A DNA stretch of 24,007 nt from Oligoflexus sp. GTDB lineage: Bacteria; Bdellovibrionota_B; Oligoflexia; Oligoflexales; Oligoflexaceae. Below the pieces are notes generated by a model that had not been told where the DNA came from, searched no databases, and saw only the letters and a program-made list of their open reading frames with translations. Below, piece by piece: positions 8,235 through 16,706 of the stretch (the stretch's first letter is position 1; the number at the start of each line of letters is the position of its first letter). The stretch spans positions 1-24,007 of the forward strand of contig JBGSTX010000085.1 of the NCBI GenBank assembly GCA_041736305.1. The letters run 5' to 3'. The position numbers were made by a program, and so were the translations under genes.

Positions 8235-10004
8235 CTAGGGTGCTTTGCCACCTGGGAAATAATGAATAGGAGCGTCCGTGCCCAGTGGCCAACCTAAGAA
8301 GTACCAGGCGATGAGAAAGCCCGTCCAGATAACGAAGAATACCAGCGTGTAGGGCACCATCAGCGAAATTAGAGTTCCGAGTCCGGCCTGAGGTCGGTAC
8401 TTATGAAGCACCGCGAGGATAATCAGCAGATAGCTGTTGAGAGGCGTGATGATATTCACCACGGAGTCGCCGATCCGATAGGCGGCAAGTGTGAGCTCAG
8501 GGCTGATGCCCACCATCATGAACATGGGAATAAAAATCGGCGCTAGCACTCCAAACTTGCTCAGCATCCCGCTCATCGCAAAATCGCCGACAATGACTAC
8601 GAGAATGAAAAGAACCAGTAGCAGCGGCACGGGCAAGTTCACCTGGACGAGGAGCGTACCTCCCGCATAAGCCAGCATGCGGTCCAATCCTGTGTACTTC
8701 AGTGACTCAACAAACTGCCCCAGAAAAAACATGATCGCTAACACAGGAACGATCGCGCGAATTCCGTGATAAAGGCCATCAGCAAAGTCTTTCTGCGACT
8801 TAATCTGCCGTGAGACAAAGCCATAGACGAGACCTGGAAAAAAGAAGAGGCAGAAGATCATAGGCACGATCACCTGCGACCAACGATCCCCAGCACGCTC
8901 GACCGCACGGAGGGTACCGCTGAAGCCAGGTTGCAGAGCGGCAGGAGGACCTTCGAGCAGGAGCTGACCCGAGGCGAGAGTCGGCTGTCCGCTGCCGGCG
9001 AGAGGCATGCCGGGGATTAAAATGAGAGAGAGAAAAATCCCGACGATAGCTAGCATGGTGAGCAGTGAATAAGCCAGAGCGCGCTTTTCCGCACCCTCGA
9101 GACTCATATTGCTCAGGACCTCTGAAGCTGGTCCTGCGTTCTGATTTTCCACGCGGCGAAGATGCGGTTCAATGATGCGATCCGTCACAAACCAGCCGCC
9201 GAGCATGACGACCAGGGCCGAGCCCGCCTTGAAATAGAGGTTATGGGTAATGTTCACGGTGTAGCTCGGATCGAGGATGTGCGCGGCGCTGCTAGCAAAG
9301 CCTGCCAGAGCGCCATCACCTCCTGTTGGAAAAAAGCCGCCACCAAAACCCCCGGATACCCCAGCGAAAGCCGCCGCCAGACCAGCTACGGGGTGACGCC
9401 CCATCGCTAGGTAGAGGGCTGCGGCGAGCGGCGGAAGAATGATATATCCCGCATCGCTCGCCACCGATGAGTTGGCCCCCACCAGCACAATCACGGGCGT
9501 CAGTAATCGCCGGGGCGTTGCAAAAGCTAGAAAGCGCATGAGGGCGCTGAAGAAACCAAAGCGTTCCGCAAAGCCAATGCCGAGCATCGCCACAAAAATG
9601 AGTCCCAGAGCCGGGCTGCGGGTAAAATTGCCGAGCATCGACGAAAAGAACCAGTAGATACCCTCGGTGGTGAAGAGGCTCCTAGCTCCTATCGGCGCGC
9701 CCTGGGGTTCCAGAGCGCGGACCAGTTCGCCCTCTGCATTCCGCGCTGGCTCGCGGACCGGTTGGCCGCTGGCATCGAGGGCAACCTGACCATTCGCGTC
9801 GAGCTTTTCTACGGTGGGGATAACGAGCTTTTGCGGCTGGACCTGCCAGCCTGCCGAAGAACCCCAGGCTGAAAGGACAAAGACCAGGGCGGTCAGAATG
9901 GTGAAAAGGATGACAGGCTCGGGAAGCATGTTCCCCGCCCGCTCGATTGCATCTAAGAATCGTTCCGATCGCGAAACCTTTGGCTTCGCTGCTGCCTCTG
10001 TCAT
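8235..10004 (-). CDS. AbgT family transporter
   Basis: FLDAIERAGNMLPEPVILF, ASDAGYIILPPL, GRHPVAGLAAAFAGVSGGF, AAYRIGDSVVNIITPLNSY. The ATG at 10004 has the RBS GAGGAAGG, so the ORF-track extension to 10256 is not supported. Confidence 0.93.
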   Translation of the reverse strand: MTEAAAKPKVSRSERFLDAIERAGNMLPEPVILFTILTALVFVLSAWGSSAGWQVQPQKLVIPTVEKLDANGQVALDASGQPVREPARNAEGELVRALEPQGAPIGARSLFTTEGIYWFFSSMLGNFTRSPALGLIFVAMLGIGFAERFGFFSALMRFLAFATPRRLLTPVIVLVGANSSVASDAGYIILPPLAAALYLAMGRHPVAGLAAAFAGVSGGFGGGFFPTGGDGALAGFASSAAHILDPSYTVNITHNLYFKAGSALVVMLGGWFVTDRIIEPHLRRVENQNAGPASEVLSNMSLEGAEKRALAYSLLTMLAIVGIFLSLILIPGMPLAGSGQPTLASGQLLLEGPPAALQPGFSGTLRAVERAGDRWSQVIVPMIFCLFFFPGLVYGFVSRQIKSQKDFADGLYHGIRAIVPVLAIMFFLGQFVESLKYTGLDRMLAYAGGTLLVQVNLPVPLLLVLFILVVIVGDFAMSGMLSKFGVLAPIFIPMFMMVGISPELTLAAYRIGDSVVNIITPLNSYLLIILAVLHKYRPQAGLGTLISLMVPYTLVFFVIWTGFLIAWYFLGWPLGTDAPIHYFPGGKAP

Positions 10005-10291
10005 GCTGGGGTCCTTCCTCGTGCATGGCGCGCGTTTTTTGGCAAATGGCGAGAGCCCATAAAGATCATGTACCGATGTGCAGTGAGCCCATGGGCCCTT
10101 ACATCTCCTTAGCCGTCTCCGCTGAAGCTCGTCAATAGTCGGATAGCGACAGGGCTCCATTCTGACGATCGCTGAGACCGAAAGTCCGCTAGTCGCCTGG
10201 TTTCCATGATCCAAGCCTTTAGCGATTTGCCATTGCATGCAACAGCCCCGCTTCATTAGATTGCTCCCAAGCTATTGCTGAGGAGAATTTC

Positions 10292-12286
10292 ATGATGCGA
10301 AACTATGTTCGAGGTACCCTGCTCGCCAGCTGGCTCCTCGCGACCTACTCGGGGCTTGCACGCAGCGAAGTCCCTGTCAGCCGACGAGAAGTCGGCAAAC
10401 TTGTGATGGAAAACATTCCAGAGATCCCGTCAGCCCTTCAAGATAGGCTGGGACAGTACGAAAATATTCGTTCTGCTTCCTTCCAAGGTTGGCTGCCAGG
10501 ATCAAGTGGGCTTCTCATCAGCACCCGTTTCGGGGAGGCGGCCCAACTGCATACCGTCAAGTCTCCTCTGCATGCAAGGCGCCAAATAACCTTCTACCCA
10601 GAGCCCATCGGTGCGGCGACAGTGAGCCCGAGCGGCGATCGGATCGCCTTTCTCAAAGACCAAGGTGGTGACGAGAACTCTCAGATCTACCTTACCGACG
10701 CTACAGCCAAGCAATTTACTCTGATAACGGACGGGAAATCGCGTCACGAGTTTCCGCTCTGGGACAAAGCGGGGCGCTCGCTGGCCTATTCGAGCAGCAA
10801 GCGCAATGGTCGCGACACCGATGTTTATATTCACCGTCTGGGCCAGAGCCAGTCTCAAAAGAAACCCGAAGGTGAGATTCTTATTCAGGAAGGCGGCTAC
10901 TGGCGGCCTGTCGACTTCAGTCCTGACGGTTCGCAGCTGCTCGTTTCCAAGGTGGTGTCGAGCACTGAGAATTACCTCTATCTTTACGATTTCAAGGCCA
11001 AGAAACTCGATCAGCTCTTCCCAGGAAAACAGCTGGCTTTTGGGGACGCGAGCTTCTCTAAGGATGGCCGCCAGATTTTTTTGACGATGGATGATCCTGG
11101 CGAATTCAAGGTCCTCTATTCTTACCAGCCGCAGAACAAGAGCCTAACTCCTATCTCGGCCAAGATTCCCTGGGATGTGGAGAGTCTCGAGGTATCTCTG
11201 GACGGCAAAAAGCTACTTTTCAAAACCAACGAAGACGGGATCCATCGGCTTTACGTCGCCGAGCTTCCGAGCTTCCGCTACGAGGAAATCAAGGGCCTTC
11301 CAGGAAGCCAGATTGGCAAACACGGCTTTCACCCCGAAGATAGCCAGCGGCTGGCCCTCTCAGTTTCCAGCTCAAGCCTGCCCGGTGATGTTTTTGTGTA
11401 TGATCTGAAAAAAAAGAAGTTTGAACCCTGGACCGACAGTGAAACGGCAGGACTCGATCGAAAGAACTTCGTAGAACCTCGCTTGATTCACTACCCGACT
11501 TTCGACCAGGTGGCTGGCGAAGCGCGCAAAATTCCGGCCTTTCTCTTCAAGCCGCGCGACGCTCGCGGCAAAGTCCCGGTGGTAATCAATATTCACGGTG
11601 GACCTGAGGCCCAATATCGTCCCGGATTCTCGGCTTTTTTCCAGTATCTAGCCAGCGAAAGCGGAATTGCGGTAATAGCGCCTAACGTCCGTGGGAGTTC
11701 GGGCTATGGAAAAAGCTTCATCACGCTGGATAACGGCAAAAAACGCGAGGACTCCGTAAAGGATATTGGAGCCCTTCTCGACTGGATCGCGCAACAAGAG
11801 GATCTCGATAGCCAGAGAGTGGCTGTCATGGGTGGCTCCTACGGGGGCTACATGACCCTTGCTAGCCTGGTGCATTATGGTCCGCGCTTGGTAGGGGGCA
11901 TCGACAGTGTCGGCATCAGTCACTTCATAAGCTTTTTGACCAACACCAAGTCTTACCGTCAGGACTTGCGCCGAGTAGAATACGGCGACGAGCGCGATCC
12001 GGATATGCGGGCCTTTCTCGAGCAGATTTCGCCCCTAACCCAAGTGAACAAGATTCAAAAGCCGCTCTTTGTCGTGCAGGGCCTGAACGATCCCCGCGTG
12101 CCTGCATCCGAAGCTGAGCAGATTGTAAAAGCAGTGCGCGCCAGTGGCAACGAGGCCTGGTATTTGCTAGCGCAGGACGAAGGGCACGGCTTCCGCAAGA
12201 AAGCCAATCAAGCCGTATCTCTGCAAACCAACGTCATGTTCCTCGAAAAGATTCTCTTTCCAGCTAAAACCAGTAGTTTGCCCTAA
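10292..12286 (+). CDS. Exported S9 family peptidase (prolyl oligopeptidase/acylaminoacyl peptidase)
   Basis: Signal peptide, beta-propeller repeats (SPSG, FSPDG, FSKDG), IHGGPE, nucleophile GGSYGG, NDPRV, DEGHGF; RBS GAGGAG. Confidence 0.95.
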   Translation: MMRNYVRGTLLASWLLATYSGLARSEVPVSRREVGKLVMENIPEIPSALQDRLGQYENIRSASFQGWLPGSSGLLISTRFGEAAQLHTVKSPLHARRQITFYPEPIGAATVSPSGDRIAFLKDQGGDENSQIYLTDATAKQFTLITDGKSRHEFPLWDKAGRSLAYSSSKRNGRDTDVYIHRLGQSQSQKKPEGEILIQEGGYWRPVDFSPDGSQLLVSKVVSSTENYLYLYDFKAKKLDQLFPGKQLAFGDASFSKDGRQIFLTMDDPGEFKVLYSYQPQNKSLTPISAKIPWDVESLEVSLDGKKLLFKTNEDGIHRLYVAELPSFRYEEIKGLPGSQIGKHGFHPEDSQRLALSVSSSSLPGDVFVYDLKKKKFEPWTDSETAGLDRKNFVEPRLIHYPTFDQVAGEARKIPAFLFKPRDARGKVPVVINIHGGPEAQYRPGFSAFFQYLASESGIAVIAPNVRGSSGYGKSFITLDNGKKREDSVKDIGALLDWIAQQEDLDSQRVAVMGGSYGGYMTLASLVHYGPRLVGGIDSVGISHFISFLTNTKSYRQDLRRVEYGDERDPDMRAFLEQISPLTQVNKIQKPLFVVQGLNDPRVPASEAEQIVKAVRASGNEAWYLLAQDEGHGFRKKANQAVSLQTNVMFLEKILFPAKTSSLP

Positions 12287-12303
12287 GCAATTGTTCTCGT
12301 TTG

Positions 12304-12349
12304 AGTTAGAAAAAGGGACCTGAGATTCTCAGGCCGCTTTTTTCTAACT
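12304..12349 (+). terminator. Intrinsic terminator, probably bidirectional
   Basis: AGTTAGAAAAAG-GG-A-CCTGAG..CTCAGG-CC-G-CTTTTTTCTAACT long inverted repeat 17 nt after the S9 stop. Confidence 0.8.
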
Positions 12350-12562
12350 AAGGTCGAGAGGATTGGATGGTCGGCCAGCAGAAGGCTTTAAGCCCTTCTA
12401 TGTTCGATGATGCTGCTGAGATCTACCTAGATGCGAGGCAAACGGTGCCACGCTGAGAACGAATCCGTTTCTATACAAGTGAGTCTGCATACGGGTAGGT
12501 TGACTATCTGGACGAGCCTCCTATACTTGCCTCGAATTTATAGATTCATCGTGAGGATAACT

Positions 12563-13033
12563 ATGCAACGCATCATAAGCTCCAGCATCTTAGCTCTGCT
12601 AGCAGGAACTCTTCTCCACGCAAGCAGCGCCGCAGCATGCTCCTGTGCAGTCTCTACCAAGAAACAGGACTATCTAAATGCTGACTATGTCTTCATCGGC
12701 AAGAACCTCAGAACCAAGACAGTTAATGTCGGAGATGATTTTCCAAAAGTAGAGTTTGTGGTAGAGGTCGAGAAATCGTTCAAGGGCAAGCTTCCCCGCT
12801 ACGTCGCCGTGCGTACGGAAAGTAATTCAGCCATGTGCGGCGTATCATTGGCAAAGAATCAGACCTACCTGCTGTATGCAGACAAGGGGACCCGCAAGTA
12901 CATACAGACTAGCCTTTGTACGCGCACCCAAGCTATCGCAGGCGACTCGGCTGCGGAAGATTTAGCTTGGCTCGAGCGCCTGCCTGCTTCACTTTCCGAG
13001 CCCGAAGAGACATTGCCTCTGCCTTTCCAGTGA
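12563..13033 (+). CDS. Exported TIMP-like (NTR-fold) protein
   Basis: RBS GAGGA before ATG 12563; signal peptide ending AAA then CSC; ADYVFIGK, AMCGVSL...TYLLYA, TSLCTRT. Confidence 0.8.
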   Translation: MQRIISSSILALLAGTLLHASSAAACSCAVSTKKQDYLNADYVFIGKNLRTKTVNVGDDFPKVEFVVEVEKSFKGKLPRYVAVRTESNSAMCGVSLAKNQTYLLYADKGTRKYIQTSLCTRTQAIAGDSAAEDLAWLERLPASLSEPEETLPLPFQ

Positions 13034-13054
13034 GACTCGAAGCGGCAGCTCTTG

Positions 13055-13882
13055 CTAATTAAATATTTCAATGGCCAGCCTGTGTAAAAAAGCGCGAAAT
13101 ACAAGTGTAGATCGAAGGAGAGCTTCATCTCCTTCTCGCATGCTTAGTGGCACTTCTAAGTGAATTGCAGGGCTCGGACTGACGAACTGAATTGAGCCAC
13201 AGACTTTAGTGAGACCTGCGTTGTAATAGATCTTATCAATTGGTTCGATAGCGATCTCAATGTCTGTAATTTGTGCCCGAGCCAGTTCTTCGGCGAGAAT
13301 CTGTCGAATCGTGCTAGCCTCGGCTGCGCTGATACGCGCGGTCGCGATTTCCAAACGATTTTCCAATCCGACTTTGCTCTGACCGTGAATCTCGACATAA
13401 ACGGTCGGACGGGGAGCCAATCGCTTGAGATGATCCCTGAAGGCTTCGTACACCTTTTGAGAATTCTGCAGTTCCGGTATGTCAGCACAAGTATCTTGAT
13501 TGAGAGTGCTTGGGCGGTTGACGTTATGGGCTTGACCTGAGGGATTCCCGCCGCGAAAGTCCTGCGCAATAATCTGACTCCAGAAGAAGCGACTTTCGGG
13601 ATCTTCTTCGGAGAATAGATTGAATACTATGGACTCAGTTCCTGCATCATAGCCTCCGTGAGGAGCTGCGACCAAGTAGCGAGTTCCTGGCCTTGCAAGA
13701 GAGAGAAAAGAGCCTTGAGCCACACCCTCGAGAGTGAAATCTTGACAAGACCAGGACGCCGGATAGGAAGTCAGACAAGCAAAAGAGCTCTTAGAAAATG
13801 GATGAATGAGACTTTGAGATGGCAGCTCGGACTGGCGATGAACCGTGAGCATCAAATACAGCAGTGAATTGATCATGCTCAT
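13055..13882 (-). CDS. Putative Zn-dependent amidohydrolase (poly-gamma-glutamate hydrolase/N-formylglutamate amidohydrolase-like)
   Basis: AAPHGGYDAGTE, VYVEIHG and IHLEVP..MR motifs. Start uncertain (13882, 13876 or 13939). Confidence 0.55.
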   Translation of the reverse strand: MSMINSLLYLMLTVHRQSELPSQSLIHPFSKSSFACLTSYPASWSCQDFTLEGVAQGSFLSLARPGTRYLVAAPHGGYDAGTESIVFNLFSEEDPESRFFWSQIIAQDFRGGNPSGQAHNVNRPSTLNQDTCADIPELQNSQKVYEAFRDHLKRLAPRPTVYVEIHGQSKVGLENRLEIATARISAAEASTIRQILAEELARAQITDIEIAIEPIDKIYYNAGLTKVCGSIQFVSPSPAIHLEVPLSMREGDEALLRSTLVFRAFLHRLAIEIFN

Positions 13883-14030
13883 GGGATGACTCTCTTTTCT
13901 GCTTCGAATTCTCGCATGAAGAGCAACTCCAACTTCCAACTAGTTCTCTATTCTTCTCTTATTCTCCTCAATCTTTACCTTCTTTACCACTTAATACGTC
14001 CGCCTATTTTGCATTTTTCCCATACTTTTA

Positions 14031-14426
14031 TTGAAACGTCTATGCGTCCAGCCAATCCTGCTAGTCCATGGAGTAGCCTTGCGCGACAAGCTCTTGGGCA
14101 TCAGTTACTTTAATCGCATTCCCAAATACCTCAGCGACAAGTGCAAGGTTGCCATCTTCTTTGGCAACACCGATGCTTTTGGACAAGGCGAAGACAATGC
14201 AGATCAGCTAAGAAAGACAATTATCAACCTCACCGACAATCTCGGCTACGGCAAGGTCAATGTTATTGCCCACTCCAAAGGTGGACTCGATATTCGCTTC
14301 ATGTTCTACAGGAATAATGGAACCGAGTTTGACGGTCGTACTTTGAACGACCGCGTCGCATCTTTTACTACCCGTCGACGTGTGGGAGATTGGAGTCCAG
14401 CCCACCAAGCTAGCGGGACTGTTTAA
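14031..14426 (+). pseudogene. Truncated triacylglycerol lipase-like alpha/beta hydrolase
   Basis: PILLVHG, KVNVIAHSKGGLD.R, DRVASFTT. Similarity stops at about 14373, where ISTPH.GS is expected; catalytic Asp/His half missing; weak TTG start. Confidence 0.75.
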
Positions 14427-14593
14427 CTGTCCGAAGTCAGCCGCTTCTGTAGTTGGGACGCAGAGCGTTAAGCAAAGGTAATCGCCCGCTGATGATCACA
14501 GTGACTTTAATTCGGATTATGCAAAGGCCCGTCGACGACGATCACGACTCGATTATCTCTAATCTGGAGCAAGTGATCTAACTCCTACCCAGA

Positions 14594-15160
14594 TCACCGA
14601 GGAGCCTGAATATTCCAGCCTGGCAGCTCGGAGGCCTGTTTGATCCAACTTACCAAAAGTTCTTGGTCGATCTCTGCGTTCTGGTAGATATCTAGGTAGC
14701 GAACATTCTTATCCTTTGATTCACCCGGAGGGATGGGCCGCAGAGACATTCCCTTAAAAAAAGTCACTTTGATATATTTCGTAAAGCAATGGAAGGCGAG
14801 AAACCAGCCCTGACCTTCAACGCCATAGAAAGGTGTGTTCCACCTTACCGCCTTCTGTACCTTAGGGACGGTTTTATCGATTAGCTGATCGAGGTGCCGC
14901 CCGGCTTCGCTTTTCCAGCCCGGCATGGCAGCTATGTAGACCTGCACCGGCGCATCCCCATCGGCTTTTGCAATCTGAGGATTACCTCCGGAAAGGAGCA
15001 CGGGACTTCTCGCCCTCACAAGCTTATTAACAGCTGCCTTTTTAACGGCAGGCTTCTTAGTAGAAACTTTCTTAGCGACAGCCTTAGCAGCAGTTTTGCT
15101 TTTTTTGGATGCGGTCTCCTTTGCAAGTTTGGACGACTTCTTAGACGACTTCTTATCCAT
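14594..15160 (-). CDS. DUF1801 (YdhG-like) domain protein with Lys/Ala-rich N-terminus
   Basis: LLSGGNPQIAKADGDAPVQ.YIAAMPGWK, KAVRWNTPFYG, FHCFTKYIKVTFF, WIKQASELPGW. Confidence 0.9.
   Translation of the reverse strand: MDKKSSKKSSKLAKETASKKSKTAAKAVAKKVSTKKPAVKKAAVNKLVRARSPVLLSGGNPQIAKADGDAPVQVYIAAMPGWKSEAGRHLDQLIDKTVPKVQKAVRWNTPFYGVEGQGWFLAFHCFTKYIKVTFFKGMSLRPIPPGESKDKNVRYLDIYQNAEIDQELLVSWIKQASELPGWNIQAPR
15132..15155. repeat. 12-bp tandem duplication encoding KKSS twice
   Basis: GACGACTTCTTA x2. Confidence 0.8.
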
Positions 15161-15300
15161 AGGTTTTACTCCAACAGTTGGAACTGTTTTTCATCAGTCT
15201 AACAATTTGGCTTCTCGCGCACCAGCTTTTGGACTAAAAGAGCAAACGTGCTACGATCATAGCATTATGAACCGCATGGCGGACCTGGAGATCGCAAAGC

Positions 15301-15690
15301 TTGAATACTCTCTCGCCTGTTCTGCTGCTCGCTCTCGACTGGCTGCTGCTGGGCCTGCATCTCTTTGTGATCGCGATCAACGCCTGGGGCTGGTGGCCCC
15401 GGCGAACCCGCCGTCTCCAGCGATGGACTCTCTTGCTCACCGCATTTTCCTGGTTGGGCTGCGGAGCCTTCTATGGCTGGGGCTACTGCTTTCTCACCGA
15501 TTGGCACTGGGATATCAAGCGGGCTCGTGGCGAGACCGAGCTTCCTCATTCCTTTCTTCAGTATATTCTCCAACATTATCTGGACGTCTATCTTCCCAAT
15601 AGCTGGGTCGACGGCGTAGCCGCTGGCGTCCTCACGATCGCAGTCTTTATTACCCTCTATCAACTCATTGCGGAAAAATACCGACAATAG
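15301..15690 (+). CDS. DUF2784 family membrane protein
   Basis: LHLFVIAINAWGW, GWGYCFLTDWHW, SFLQY; three hydrophobic segments; GGAG upstream of the TTG start. Confidence 0.8.
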   Translation: MNTLSPVLLLALDWLLLGLHLFVIAINAWGWWPRRTRRLQRWTLLLTAFSWLGCGAFYGWGYCFLTDWHWDIKRARGETELPHSFLQYILQHYLDVYLPNSWVDGVAAGVLTIAVFITLYQLIAEKYRQ

Positions 15691-15733
15691 CTTCTCAAGC
15701 ACATCTCTTGCGCAAATCGTTCCGCTTTGCCAG

Positions 15734-15907
15734 CTAAACCTGATCCATGAGATGATTGCCGTAGGGAATGACTTCTCTGAATTCCGGGCTGTGATACGTC
15801 TCCTTCGACTCGAATAGGAGTACGATCAATTCCTTTTTCTTGGTATTTACCAGGATACTCTTTTCTATTGCTTCTTTGATATTCAAGACATGATTGTGGG
15901 GCAGCAT
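15734..15907 (-). CDS. Small 57-aa ORF or gene remnant, weakly DUF1330-like
   Basis: MLPHNHVLNIKEAIEKSILVNTKKKELIVLLFESKETYHSPEFREVIPYGNHLMDQV*; fills an otherwise empty gap. Confidence 0.3.
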   Translation of the reverse strand: MLPHNHVLNIKEAIEKSILVNTKKKELIVLLFESKETYHSPEFREVIPYGNHLMDQV

Positions 15908-16025
15908 TTCGATTTATCGTCTCATCACAAGATCCGACGGCTCAGACCGGTCCGGAGTAATTAAACTGATCGTGCGCATTTCCTCAAGAAATCATGATCA
16001 AGGCAATTCCTTATCTGCGTTCTAG

Positions 16026-16433
16026 CTATTTTCGTGCATTTCCGGGTGGATGTTCAGCGAACCACTGCGCGATACCAGGCATGGCCTCCTCAAAACCGCC
16101 TGGGACTGAAAGGTTCAGAAGACCAGCACGCTCGTCGGTTCTGTTCTCGAAATCATGTTTCATACCGGCTGGAGCAAGCAGGAAAGAACCCTTAGGGGCA
16201 TCCACCCACTTTGTTCCCAAAAGAAAGCTCATGGTCCCCTCGATAACGTAAAAGATATCATCTTCTTCATGCGCATGCGCGCCAGGACCCTGAGTGTTCG
16301 GCTCCAGCCACCACTCGGATATTGAATAGAGGTTGCCGGTTTCCTCGCCATCGGCTTTGAAAACACTGCTGATCCGTCCCATCGCGTACGAACGGCCGCT
16401 ATTGGGCGGCAGAAAAATCGCTTTCTTACTCAT
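16026..16433 (-). CDS. Cupin domain protein
   Basis: GPGAHAHEEDDIFYVIEG and PAGMKHDFEN cupin motifs; RBS GAGGA before ATG 16433. Confidence 0.9.
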   Translation of the reverse strand: MSKKAIFLPPNSGRSYAMGRISSVFKADGEETGNLYSISEWWLEPNTQGPGAHAHEEDDIFYVIEGTMSFLLGTKWVDAPKGSFLLAPAGMKHDFENRTDERAGLLNLSVPGGFEEAMPGIAQWFAEHPPGNARK

Positions 16434-16706
16434 GGAGTCCTCAACAACTTTCAAGAATTAATTGTGTTTTCACTCTAGCACAACTTAGGTGGGTCATGGA
16501 TGAACATTCCAGTCGGATCTGCTTCAGCTCAGATCGAAGGATTATGAGAATCTAAGGGGTTCATGGAAAAATGCCGGGCACATCATTTGCGTTCAAGTCT
16601 CGGCTTGTCGTACCGCATTCACCCGCAGTTTGCTCAGAAATGGAAACTGCCGCCTTCATCGCTTGGATAGAGGTGGCAGTTCTCAACCATTTCCATCCTC
16701 ACTGCC

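Noticed and set aside
10005-10256. 84-aa N-terminal extension of the AbgT-family protein in the ORF track
   Set aside because: Non-homologous sequence spanning the divergent promoter region; a good RBS precedes ATG 10004.
12431-12562. Upstream extension of the TIMP-like ORF
   Set aside because: The signal peptide and RBS fit ATG 12563.
13886-14113. 75-aa hydrophobic ORF
   Set aside because: Low-complexity pyrimidine-rich sequence overlapping the lipase remnant; possibly its frameshifted leader, but not supportable as a gene.
15096-15702. Overlapping ORFs 15096..15602 (+) and 15265..15702 (-)
   Set aside because: Shadow frames of the DUF2784 gene, with no recognisable motifs.
15737-15767. 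AACCTGATCC...CGTAGGGA, resembling the 3' half of a TPP riboswitch
   Set aside because: No upstream CTGAGA motif, the P5 stem does not pair, and no thiamine gene downstream.
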